Shown here one piece after another: positions 47,870 to 60,598 of a stretch of 64,000 nt of DNA. How positions within the stretch are numbered: the first letter of the stretch is position 1; each line of letters opens with the position of its first letter. The DNA lies in contig OZ024741.1 of NCBI GenBank assembly GCA_964016885.1, positions 264,926,001 to 264,990,000 on the forward strand, given 5' to 3'. Origin of the DNA: Eledone cirrhosa (lineage: Eukaryota). The position numbers were made by a program, and so were the translations under genes. The notes below the pieces were generated by a model that had not been told where the DNA came from, did not search any database, and was given only the letters and a program-made list of their open reading frames with translations.

Positions 47870-49590
47870 CATGTGGTTTACATGGCTATAGCAATATAGC
47901 TACATTAATATAGCCACATGTATATAGCTTTAAAGCTGGCTACATTGATCTGGCTACATGTTATGTTGTCAAATATTTCTGAAGCAGACTACATCAATAT
48001 AGCTACATGTTATAGAATATTTCTGAAGCAGGCTACATTAATATAGCTACATGTTGTAGAAGCAACATGTTTAAAGCTGGCTACATTGATCTGGCTACAT
48101 GTTATATTGTCAAATATTTCTGAAGCAGAATACATCAATATAGCTACATGTTATAGAATATTTCTGAAGCAGGCTACATTAATATAGCTACATGTTGTAG
48201 AAGCAACATGTTTAAAGCTGGCTACATTGATCTGGCTACATGTTATGTTGTCAAATATTTCTGAAGCAGACTACATCAATATAGCTACATGTTATAGAAT
48301 ATTTCTGAAGCAGGCTACATTAATATAGCTACATTAATATAGCCACATGTTTAAAGCTGGCTACATTGATCTGGCTACATGTTATGTTGTCAAATATTTC
48401 TGAAGCAGAATACATCAATATAGCTACATGTTATAGAATATTTCTGAAGCAGGCTACATTAATATAGCTACATGTTGTAGAAGCAACATGTTTAAAGCTG
48501 GCTACATTAATCTGGCTACATGTTATGTTGTCAAATATTTCTGAAGCAGACTACATCAATATAGCTACATGTTATAGAATATTTCTGAAGCAGGCTACAT
48601 TAATATAGCTACATTAATATAGCCACATGTTTAAAGCTGGCTACATTGATCTAGCTACATGTTATGTTGTCAAATATTTCTGAAGCAGAATACATCAATA
48701 TAGCTACATGTTATAGAATATTTCTGAAGCAGGCTACATTAATATAGCTACATGTTGTAGAAGCAACATGTTTAAAGCTGGCTACATTGATCTGGCTACA
48801 TGTTATATTGTCAAATATTTCTGAAGCAGAATACATCAATATAGCTACATGTTATAGAATATTTCTGAAGCAGGCTACATTAATATAGCTACATGTTGTA
48901 GAAGCAACATGTTTAAAGCTGGCTACATTGATCTGGCTACATGTTATGTTGTCAAATATTTCTGAAGCACACTACATCAATATAGCTACATGTTATAGAA
49001 TATTTCTGAAGCAGGCTACATTAATATAGCTACATTAATATAGCCACATGTTTAAAGCTGGCTACATTGATCTGGCTACATGTTATGTTGTCAAATATTT
49101 CTGAAGCAGACTACATCAATATAGCTACATGTTATAGAATATTTCTGAAGCAGGCTACATTCATATAACTACATGTTATCTTGTTAAACATGTCTGAAAC
49201 AAGCTACATTAATATAACTACATGTTATATTATTAAACATGCCTGGAACTGGCTACATTCATATAACTACATGTTATCTTGTTAAACATGTGTGAAGCAA
49301 GCTTCATTAATAGAGCTACATGTTATCTTGTTAAACATGTCTGAAGCAAGCTACATTAATAGAGCTACATGTTATCTTGTTAAAATGTGTGAAGCTAGCT
49401 ACATTAATATAGCTACATGTTATTTTGTTAAACATGTGTGAAAAAGGCTACATTAATATAGCTACATATTATCTTGTTAAACATGTGTGAAGCAAGCTAC
49501 ATTAATACAGCTACATGTTATCTTGTTAAACATGTCTGAAACTGGCTACATTAATAAAGCTACATGTTATCTTGTTAAACATGTGTGACA
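47870..49590. repeat. GCTACAT-based satellite with 141/139-bp higher-order units grading into about 49-bp monomers
   Basis: AAAGCTGGCTAC at 47932, 48073, 48214, 48353, 48494, 48633, 48774, 48915 and 49054. Confidence 0.92.
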
Positions 49591-49817
49591 TTTTATGATG
49601 GGAAATGTTGGTTAATGTGAGACTCACTAATGCACAGAGATAGAAATGACAGAGGCAATGTCAGGCGGGGTGGAGCAGACGAAGCGAAGTGGGGGTGGCG
49701 TAGCGACGGGTGTGTGGGGTGGGTGTGGGGGTGGGGGTGGTGTGGGGGAGCTAAATACACCCTGAAATTGCCTCATGATCATCACAAGCCACCCATATTC
49801 TACCCTGATACCCTTAC

Positions 49818-49900
49818 CTTAAAACCGTCACTCATCAATAGGGTAATTAATTAATTACAATCGATATCTATCACAAAGACACCTGCTATCGTTAATGAGT
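49818..49900 (-). other. Candidate non-coding first exon of the TPPP gene
   Basis: Strong donor AAG|GTAAGG at 49818/49817 just downstream of the X-boxes. The first coding exon has an acceptor and so needs an upstream exon. Start position is approximate. Confidence 0.45.
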
Positions 49901-49930
49901 TTCCTGTTTTAATTGTTGTTGTACCCAGTG

Positions 49931-49964
49931 GTTACTATAGCAACACAGTTGTTACCGTGGAGAC
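49931..49964. promoter_or_regulatory. Two RFX X-box motifs
   Basis: GTTACTATAGCAAC (49931-49944) and GTTACCGTGGAGAC (49951-49964) fit GTYNCY-AT-RGNAAC, the second less well. Confidence 0.65.
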
Positions 49965-50054
49965 TACATGACACACAATATGGCCGCCTTCTTAAGTAAC
50001 CAACGAAGAAAGAATCGTGGGAACGTCAGAATGAAACAAATAATATGTATAACA

Positions 50055-50202
<148 letters not shown>

Positions 50203-50345
50203 CTTTTTAGTACCTTGATTGTGCACTAGGTGACTCTGTATGTGGCAGCTGTAATATCGCACCTGTAAGATGGCACAAAGTTTCTACATATGGATGTATG
50301 ACTCTCTCACATTCCCTCCCTTTCTCTCACACACACACCCTTCTC

Positions 50346-50392
<47 letters not shown>

Positions 50393-51037
50393 TCTCTCTC
50401 TCTCTCTCTGTCTCACTTTCACTAACCTCCTCTCTCTTTCTCTCTCCCTCCCTCACTCTTTCTCGCTCTTTCATTCTCCCCATCTCTCTCCCTCCCACTC
50501 TCCCTTCCACATGTCTCTCTTTCTCTCTCTACCCATATATACCAGAACTGTCAACTATCCCCGTCCGACGAGGGGAGGGGGGGGATCTCAAACCCACTTA
50601 GGGGTGGGTGAGAGATGTCTTCTCTTGTGAAAATGGGTATAGCTTTCATTATGTAAAAACTCCCCATTTTGCCTCATTTCTCCCCGTTTGGGGGCACTTT
50701 TTTTCATTGTTCTCCCCATTTGAGTTTTTAGAGGTTGGCAGGTCTGATATACACCTATATGTTAACAACAGTAAATGTTACTTCAATAGGCGCTGCTCTC
50801 CTTCTTCATAAAAAAAAGAGTTCACACCAGTTTATATACTATAATTAGTCATTAAACAGTATTATTGTGGTGGTGGTGGTGGTGGTGGTGGTTTAGCTGC
50901 AGTGAAGGTAATAGGAGCGTTCTTGGTGGTAGTTTTAATGATAATGGTGATAGTGGTATCAGCACCGATAAGATCTCTGCTAGGCTAGACTTATCAACAA
51001 TGCATCCACCCAGCATCTTAAAATGTATTTGATTAGT

Positions 51038-51112
<75 letters not shown>

Positions 51113-51144
51113 CCACCCCCGCTCTCTCTCTCTATATATATATA

Positions 51145-51285
51145 TCAGGATAGAACCAGTGTAAAACTAGTTAGACCAGTACTCAACAGAGTACTCGTGA
51201 CTTGGAATAGTAGAGTATGGCTATATTATAAAGAGTCAGGGCCCGACGGCTGAGCTCTTGCCGTTTCAACAGCTAGTTCCATATA

Positions 51286-51322
<37 letters not shown>

Positions 51323-52130
51323 AAAGTTTAACCCCGACGGCAGAGCTCAAGCCGTTTCGACGGCTATTTCTGGACTGAAATAGCTGTCGAAACGGCTTCA
51401 ACTCTGCCGTCGGGGTTATACTTTTTTCCTATTACCGACTCTACTACCCTAAGTATTGAGTACTCTGGTGCGTTATGGTCCATCTGATTCCTTACCACAC
51501 CTCCTTCGTTATATATACGCCCCTTCACCAGATGGACATAAGTAGGCTTAATAATCACCACTCGAGGGCGGTCGACCAGGGTAGAAGCTGCTAAATGTTC
51601 GGCCGCCCTCATGTCTCTGATTTTCAGCCCCATGGATTTTGTCTATTATATTCATTTGTTATATTTCGAATACCTGATGATGTCACCGGATACATACTGA
51701 ACCCGGTCATTGAAATGATCATAGTATAATAAACCTTTTAAGGATTTACACCAGTCCAGCCTCCTGTTATTTTATAATAATTAACTCCCTACTCGCACCA
51801 CCAACTACACAAAGGAAGACGGATGAGTTGCATTACGTTGAGTGCTCTCACTAATATTATATCGAGGTTGACTATACGGAATGACCAGTTCTATCCAGTG
51901 GTGAACCAATAAACCTAAATATATATATATATATATGAAAATGTTCAGGACCCCGACGGCAGAACTCCAGCCGTTTCGACGGCTATCTCTGGTCTGAAAT
52001 AGCCGTCGAAACGGCTTGAGCTCTGCCGCCGGGGCCCTGACCTTTTTCCTATTACCCACTCTACTACCCAAAGTATCGAGTACTCTGGTGTGTTATGGTC
52101 CACCCGGTTCCTTACCACACTTCCTTCGTT
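51145..52130. mobile_element. Cluster of short Penelope-like fold-back elements in (TA)n carrying hammerhead 3' halves
   Basis: Palindromes 51325-51420 and 51945-52042 contain GAAACGGC..GCCGTC. Shared tail ACTCTACTACCC.AAGTAT.GAGTACTCT. Relatives near 27125-27280, 31220-31320 and 59402-59440. Confidence 0.6.
51670..51727 (+). ncRNA. Minimal hammerhead ribozyme motif
   Basis: ATAC-CTGATGA..ACCGG/CCGGT..GAAA-TGATC-ATA-GTAT; palindromic stem III ATGATCAT. Confidence 0.65.
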
Positions 52131-52484
52131 ACATATATATATATGTATGTATATACACTACACCATCACTGCTATCTTCAGATCACAGCCACCATTACCC
52201 CCAATCCACCACCACAACCACCACCAACACTGACAGCTATAATCCCTTACGACCCGACCAACTATATATTATGATCTCTTTGGTCTTCTTTTATCAATAA
52301 CATGTTATTTCATGAATATCCTTTGTTATTTACTTCCATTGTTTTCAATTCGTGTTATGAACTATTTACTAATTGCTATCTTAACATGGCACACAGAGTA
52401 TTTTAGTTCTTGCATCATCAGCTGAATTGTTATTGGGAGTAAGTAATAATCGATTGTCTCTTTATCCCACGTATATTACAGCTG

Positions 52485-52950
52485 TTTCTTCTTCTTCTTC
52501 TTCTTCTTCTTCTTCTTCTTCTTCTTCTTCTTCTTCTTCTTCTTCTTCTTCTTCTTCTTCTTCTTCTTCTTCTTCTTCTTGAGAGGGTTGTGGGAGCAGA
52601 GTCCGGAATAACTCCTTCCAGCGGATCTTGTCAGAAGCAACCTCGTCTCCAACTGATCCGACTGGATTCCCAAGTGAAACAAGTCAAACTTATTTCTGAA
52701 AGGGTTGGAGGGGGATGGGGTGGGGGTGAGTCCTTTCAAATCCTCCTTTCACCGGGTCCTGTCAGAAGCATCCGACCAAGCGAGACCATTCGAGCTTATG
52801 GATGTTATCCAATTATCTTGATTGGGGTCTACTCCTGGGTCTCCTGTCGGTTTGTTTTACCCGTAAAATCTGTCCAGCGATTCTTACCTAAGATATTCTA
52901 ATCACATGCTCGTAATATCGGAGCTGTGATCCCTCAATTCGGAGAAGTAG
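52485..52950 (-). mobile_element. RTE 3' fragment with (GAA)n tail
   Basis: Homologous to 44690-44945 on the opposite strand. Confidence 0.75.
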
Positions 52951-55812
52951 CGCCTCTTCCTGAAGCGACTCTTTGATCTATAAGCTACGTACTCTTTCGA
53001 GTAACGTTGCTCCAAAGACACAATTACGAATAGATGAAAGGTAAATTTTACCTTGACTGGATCTGAACTTAACAAATGGAGTAAAATATATGAAATGATT
53101 GAACTGACTCGAACCAGTATCGCAAACTCGACATTGTATAGAACTATCACCACTTCCCGTCAAACTGAGTTATCAGGAAATAAAATTTTCAGCCTATGAA
53201 TCTTTCAACCGACCCTTTGTATGTTGACATCATTTGTCCATTTAGTCAAGATCTGTCTGGATAACAAAGTCTAAATCAAAGCCTGGTCAGACCGACGGGA
53301 ACCGATATAACTTAACTATAAACTTCCTTGATGGTTGTACATCAGCACGGTTGCAGTTTAATAACCACAATCAGAAAAAAAGAGTCTAAAGTCTAAAGTC
53401 TGTCTCAAGCCCAGAGGCTAACTGGGGCCGGTGCTTATCCCAGCTTTCGTGGCGTGAAGCGACAGAGAGTTCTAAAACAAGAAGTTGGTCAGGATATCAT
53501 GATGGTTGCCACCACACAGTTGACCCTTCATATTCTAACATCTGCAATATTCTATATCCTTAGCAAAGGAACTCATATGCCAAACGTCATTTCCAGCCCT
53601 CATAAGGAACTGTAGCTAATCTACGCCGACCTGTGTTTATATAGCGGTTGTTACTGTTCCAGTTAATTTGTTTGGAAACTACAATATAAACGCCACAAGT
53701 CCCACACCCTCACCTTTAAACCTCAATATAAATGATCACCTGTTCAGGGATATTTATAACGGGGTCGATAAAATAAAGTACCAGTAATGCACTGGGGTGA
53801 TTGCAAGCCTTGTGTCTAAAGTAGAAACAATTATTAATCATTTGGTTCTTGTCTTCTACAAAAGTCTGTAGAATTATTTTTAAAAGAATTACATTCACGA
53901 TGTTGTAAACAGCGACACCACTGTATAATTAACGAGTGTTTCTCGTTAATCTTCAGCAATAATTTCAACTTCTTCCATGAATAGGATAAATAAATAAAAA
54001 ACTGGGAGGGGGTCAGGGATACGTTACTCGTTCGTTTAATCTTGAAGATGTTACTATATAAATTTCCCTACACTTCATCCATTACAGTAATAATAGTTTT
54101 GTATATATGGTATGCATGGTCCCGTAACTCATGGAAGTGGGGGTGGGAGTTGTAGGGGCACCGTATTGACATACGGTGTTACTAGGGTATTTTTTAGACC
54201 TGATAGAGCCCATCTCCTTTCCAGGTCTGATTACAGCAGATTTCTTCCAGAGAAGGATAGAGAGTGGGAGAATGTAAGTAAGAAAGAGATATAAGAGGAA
54301 GAATCGACCCCAGTATTGGCTGGCAATTTTTTATTGATCTCGAATGGATGAAACGCAAAATTGACCTCGGCGGAATTTGAACTCAGAGAGAAGAAAGACG
54401 AAATGAATACCACAAAGCGTTCTATCCGATGTCCTAATGACTGTCAATTTGCTGCCGTATCAATCATAGTGTTTAACAAGCTCAAAATTATGTCTATACA
54501 TCGATTTAGCAAGGAGCAAGAAAAATGTCTGGCGAAAAGGTTAGAAGGTATTTAATTTCATTTACACTGTGAATGGGGGTGGGGGTAGTGGTTAGAGAAT
54601 TAGATTCGCAATCGTGAGGTTGTTAGTTCAATTCCCAGACTGACCAATGTTTTATGTCCTTCAGCAAGACACTTTATTTCACGTTGCTCTTTCTGCCAGG
54701 AGTTGCGACCGGTAGATAGTATCAGCAATGGAAAGACCAATGGAAATATTGTTTCCTTGGTTGGAAAATCCAATGGAAATATTGTTTCCTAGGTCTGATT
54801 TTATGAGGTCCATCTCACTCGGTGAGAGAATGAGGTCTGGGATCTTGTCCAGAGATTCCTTATATACTGCCATGCGCATCTCTTCGTTGTAAATTTATAT
54901 ATTTCTTTCTCAGTAAAAACTCAATTGAGTGAGAGAAGTAATAAACCTAACAGAAGAAGGATTAATTAAAGAACCTGGTTCTTCTCAAAAGTCATTAGTA
55001 AACTTGTAAAAATAATCAGAGTTACTCTGCAAGAATTTTAGTCTTCCTTTCTGTGGAATATATTACACATTTTAACCAGAACATTTATCAGCCATTAAAA
55101 AGTGTAGCTAACTACTTTTAGGGCCAGCGGTAAGATAGATTTGAAAATAAAAGTCCAGCATCTGTTGTTGCCGTTTCAGGAAGCACTGCGGCAGAGAAAT
55201 TGCTGTATAATAAGCATTAGATTGATGGAATCTTGCCTAATAGTCAAAATGATGCAGCGTTAGGAAAGAAATGGAAGTACCGCAGTAAATGATTACTTAA
55301 AATGAGGCAGCTGATACTTAGAATAATCAATACTAGACTCTAAGCCATAGAGAAATGATTTGTTAGATATATACGGTATTGTTAACAAAAAATTGCAGGC
55401 AAATATTCTAACAGAATTTTAAAAAATAACACGTGATTTTCGTCTGATTTTTACTTGTCCTTTTAAAATGATTTTTTTTCTCTTAATGTAGCCATGTAAA
55501 GTTCAGTAAAAGTACTTGAGTTCCAAGTATGGAATTGGCAGAGTTGTTAGAACGTCGGATAAAATGCTTTGCGGTGTTCATTTTGACTTTCTGCTCTTTG
55601 ATTTTAAATCGAACGGATGTCAACTTTGCTTCTCATCCATTCTAGGTCGATAAAACAAGTACCAGTTTAGTACTGGGGCCAATTCTTCCTCTATATCTCC
55701 TTCTTACTTTCATTTTCTCACTCTTTTTACTTCTCTGGAAGAAATCTGCTATATTCAGACCTGGAGAGGAGATGGGCCCCGCCAGATTTTAAGAAATGAT
55801 CTAGAAACTCTG

Positions 55813-56160
55813 TATGTCAATATGGCGTCCCTACGACGGTCTCAGGAGTTACAGGACCATACTATGTCAATATAGCGCCCCTACGACGGTCTCATGAGTT
55901 ACAGGACCATGCTATGTCAATATGGCGTCCCTACAACGGTCTCAGGCATTACAGGACCATGCTATATCAATATGGCGTCCCTACAACGGTCTCAGGCGTT
56001 ACAGGACCATGCTATATCAATGTGGTGCCCCTACGACGGTCTCATGAGTTACAGGACCATGCTATGTCAATATGGCGTCCCTACAACGGTCTCAGGCGTT
56101 ACAGGACCATGCTATATCAATATGGCGCCTCTACGACGCTCTCATGAGTTACAGGACTAT
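55813..56160 (+). repeat. 50-bp tandem repeat x7 derived from the SINE 3' terminus
   Basis: TATGTCAATATGGCGTCCCTACGACGGTCTCAGGAGTTACAGGACCAT.. at 55813, 55863, 55913 and onward. Confidence 0.88.
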
Positions 56161-56890
56161 GCATGCACGCATTCTATATCTCGAGTTCTATATCTGCCTC
56201 GTTGACAATGACATTTAGTGAGGAATTTCGAAATGAGATCAAAGGAACGTGTTATAGTTCTCTATGCATACGTAGATAGTTTGAAATCTTAGGCAAGCCA
56301 AGATCTTATGGCAAAGTTTGGATCTATTTGCAAATCTTGGATCTATTCAGGATATATTTGTGTAACAAATTTTGTTTTTCCCAAGTTCGCAATTGTTTAT
56401 AGTTCTTACAGAATGAAAATATAAACACAGATATAAACACATATAATAAATAAAATTAATTATGGCTAGGAACCTCACAAATATAATGTACAAAAATATA
56501 TGATCACAGTGGGAGAGAAAGAAAAGGAGAGAAGAAAAAACAACAAAAATCAAACAAACAAAAACACCCGTCAAGTGTTACAATCGACCACACAATATTT
56601 TGTGTAGAAGTTACTGAAATATACATCATTTAATAAATGGATAACTACATGAATGAATGGCTATAAAATAATTAGAAAAACACTACAAATATTTTTTTAA
56701 AGAAACGGGAAAGGAAAGGAAAAGCACGGGCTCGAGGGCCACAGAAGAATGGGAGGAGGATGGGGAGGGTGATGGGCTCTGGGCCAAGGGCGCAGCGTCT
56801 GCAAAAGCATTTCTGCAGACAATGGCCAACGACTCCCATGATCAGGTCATGAATGTAAAACTAAGTACTTTTAGCCTAAATGACATCGAG

Positions 56891-57441
56891 CAGTGGTTCT
56901 TAACGTTTTTTCATTCACGGCACCCCTTGAGATGTTGAAATTCCACCCCACACTTCGTCCTAGCACATAAGACAAAAGAACTTGAATTTTCTGGTCAAAT
57001 TATCAGCTACTTAGCTGCTACTATTTAATTAATTAACTACTATGATTAATGGTTTCAGAATTTAGGTACAAGACCAGCAATTTAGGGAGCAGAGAAAGTT
57101 GATTAAATCGACCCCAGTGCATTACTGGTACTTTATTTTATCGACGCAGTAAGGATGAAAGGGAAAGCTAACCTTGGCGGGTTGTGAACTCAGAACGTAA
57201 AGAGCCGTAACTCTATGCTGCGAAGCAGTGTGTTCGACGCTCTACCACGGATTAATAAATACAAATGTTTGAAATCCACGGCCTTATAATTAATAAATAC
57301 AAATGTTTGAAAATAACAGAGAAAATCCAATGAAAATAGAAATAAAACCAAAAAAAAAATGTTTTTCTGGCCCTTCCCCACCCCCAAGAATTGTGTATCA
57401 CACCCCTTGGGGGTTCCGGCACCCCAGGTTAAGAACCACTG
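56891..57441. mobile_element. hAT (Charlie-like) MITE with a nested Nin-SINE
   Basis: TIR CAGTGGTTCTTAAC / GTTAAGAACCACTG; 8-bp flanks ACATCGAG / ATATAGAG (6 of 8 match). Confidence 0.75.
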
Positions 57442-58974
57442 ATATAGAGGAATGTATTCGATAATGCTTCTATTTAAATAATCCTTTAAAAATATGAGTA
57501 ATTTTACGAAGATAAAGACTTCCATCGGTCACTAATAACCATGGCTTTGTACCTAGAAAGTTTCCCTCCGAGGAATAAGCCTGAGAAAGTTTGTTTGTGG
57601 AAGACGAGTAGTTACCCATGCATACCAGTCTCTCCTCTCCCCGCCACCGATGTTGTCCAATGGAAAGGCAATGGCCAATACAGCTTGGCACCAGTGACGT
57701 CGCAACTCATTTCTACAGCTGAGTGAACTGGAGCAACGTGAAATAAAGTGTCTGGCTCTCAAGGACAGAACGATTCAACCTCACAATTGCAAGCTCAACG
57801 CTCTAACCACTAAGCCATGCGCCTTCACAATATACAACAGTAACAAAACATACTGAAAACCAGTCCTAGTTTGTTTCTATGTTGACTGACAATACATTGG
57901 ATCTGTAAAGGATTTATAGGAATATCTCCTGCCCACGACTGAATTTTATTTTCAAAAGATAAATAAATATGGGAACGAAAGATAAAAGAAAAATTAAGTA
58001 ATGGGAAAATGGGGAAGGGGTACGGAAGGGCAGATCTGGCTGTATGGGAAAGTAGAGGAAAGGACTATAAAAGCCATAAATGAGAGGAAACGGAGGTGGG
58101 AAAACAAGGACTGTATGGTCACAGAAGAAAGTGAAGGGGAAGAGGAGGGGGGGGGCTAGGGCACGGCGGTGTGGGGCTGCGCTCTGTGGACAAGACTGCA
58201 AATACCAAAAGATCTATTCCAGGAGGTATTGCTACACGTAAACACTTGATCAATATCAAAGCAAGCTGTTCCTTCAAGACTAATCTGATAACAGTAAACT
58301 ACATTTTATATCGCGACAATTGTATTTTACAGCGGTATTCAATTACATGCTAATATATCAGTCACGGGACACATTTATTTACTACTAAAATACTGAACCG
58401 GAACCTGTAAAATATCCAATTATCTTTTTTTAAGATTAAATAGTCACATTCCTTTGATATCGATAACATATTCCATTATTTTAAAATCGATACAATGAGT
58501 CCTAATTATAGGACTAAAGCCCTTCCTCAAAATGTATGTATTAGGCCAATAGAAAATAAATATTAACGTGAATTGTCAATACTCGGTAGAGCATCAAGAC
58601 AACGGGGCTTGTGGCATACAGTTACACCCCTTTACGTTCTGATTTCAAATCCCACCGAGTTCAAATCCCATCCTTACTGGGTCGATAAAATAAAGTACCA
58701 GTAACACACTGGGGACGATTTAATCGACTTTCCCCTCCGCCAAAATCGTTAGCTTTATGCCCAAATCAGAAGCCATTATTTTCAGATCAGTGGGTTGGCA
58801 GTAATCGGTAGGGCGTCGGACAACATGCTTTGCGGCATAGAGTTACGGCGCTTTACGTTCTGAGTTCAAATCCCACCGAGGTTGGCTTTGCCTTTCATCA
58901 TTGCGGAATCGATAAAATAAAGTACCAGTAACGTACTGGGTTCAGTTTAATCGACTTTCCATTCCCTTCTTCTT

Positions 58975-59170
58975 CCAATTAGAGAAGGATCTCCTTGTTA
59001 AGCCTCCCCGGTAAGGTCTATGCTAAGTGTCTGGCAAAAAGATTCAGGGAGATTGTCGAGTCCTAGCTAGCTGATGAAGAGTGTGGTTTTCGTCCGGGGC
59101 GCAGCACAGCCGACCAAATATTCAGACTGCGGCTGGTCTTCGATAAATTATGGAAGTATTTCCAAGATGT
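58975..59170 (+). mobile_element. Internal RTE reverse-transcriptase fragment
   Basis: RISLLSLPGKVYAKCL..ECGFRPGRSTADQIFRLR. Confidence 0.75.
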
Positions 59171-60089
59171 ATATCGATTTTCCCCTCCCCCATAATTGCT
59201 GGCCATGCACTTAAATCTAGAAACTATCATTAATGCTGCAGTTGTTACCGTGTTGAAACGTCATAACGCAACAAAGCGAAAATCCGATGGGTTGGTAAAG
59301 ATTTACTCATCAATCTAGCTACAACCCCGCAGGCCCTGTCATACAATATATATATATGTTATCCCCGCACCTCCAGTCATACAATATATATATAAGAAAA
59401 GAGTCAGGACCTCGACGGGTGAGCTCCAGTTGTTTCGAGTGGCGGACGAGGGAGGAAGTGAGCTAGCAGAGAGAGGGTGACTAGCAGAGAGGGAGTGAGT
59501 GAAAGTAAGAGGAAGCCATAAGGAGATAGTTATAATGGCAGGCTAGCAGAGAGAAGGTGACTCCGCCACTGCAAGCAGTCTCTTTTCTCACTCACACTGC
59601 TACAGTCAAGATGTGTCTGTTCTCTCTCGTCAAATTTGTCAGGACTTATGTCCAAAAAAAGTTTGTTGACTTGATATTTTTCCTCTCTTTACGTTGCTTT
59701 ACTTTTCGTGTCTGTTTACGTATTCTTTTCTCTGTCTCCCCCTTTTTATCCCAATAACTTATTCTAGTTATTGATCTCACTAGGTTGAGATATCTTGTCT
59801 CTAACGCGAAGAAATATCGATGATTCCTAGCAGACAACTGATGATGGATAATACCCTCTTTCGCCCGTAACTTTATTGTCATTATATATATATATATATA
59901 TGGCGGTGGATTGGCAGTATCGATAGAGGGTCGGACACCATGCTTTGCAGCATAGAGTTACGGCTCTTTATGATCTGAATTCAAATCCCGCCGGGGTCGA
60001 TAAAATAAAGTACCAGTCACGCACTGGGGTCGATTTAATCGACATTCCCTGCCCCCAAAATTGCTGGCCTCGTGCCTATATAAGAAACC

Positions 60090-60164
<75 letters not shown>

Positions 60165-60433
60165 GCCCTTGTGGCCAATAAATGAAATCATTATATATAT
60201 ATATATATATATATATGGGATAACAAGTTATCGTTATAGGTAATCCAGTTAGAGGTTGTGAGTACTCTGTGTCGTGGATAGTTTTAGCGTATGGCTTTGT
60301 TTGACTCAACAAGATGCTGCCATAGTTATGCAGCGAGTTCGCGGTAATTTCTACGCAGGTTATACTTGGAGTAATAATAGTGAAAGAAAGAAGAGTAACA
60401 TGGTTGGCTGTACAATAAGGGGCTTTATTTAAA

Positions 60434-60544
60434 GTACTAACAATTGTTTCGTTGATCAGGTGAGTTTAGAGTTCGCTAATCGCTTGAGGTTGCGTCATTC
60501 GATCTCCAATACATTATTTGCCTCTGGTCAACACATCAGAGTAC
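60434..60544 (-). ncRNA. Hammerhead motif with long stem II and A9-to-T core change
   Basis: Minus strand: GTACT-CTGATGT-GTTGACCAG...CTGATCAAC-GAAA-CAATT-GTT-AGTAC. Confidence 0.6.
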
Positions 60545-60598
60545 GTAGGTACATATATATATGTGTGTGTGTGTGTATGTTTCTGTGTGTGTGTGTGT

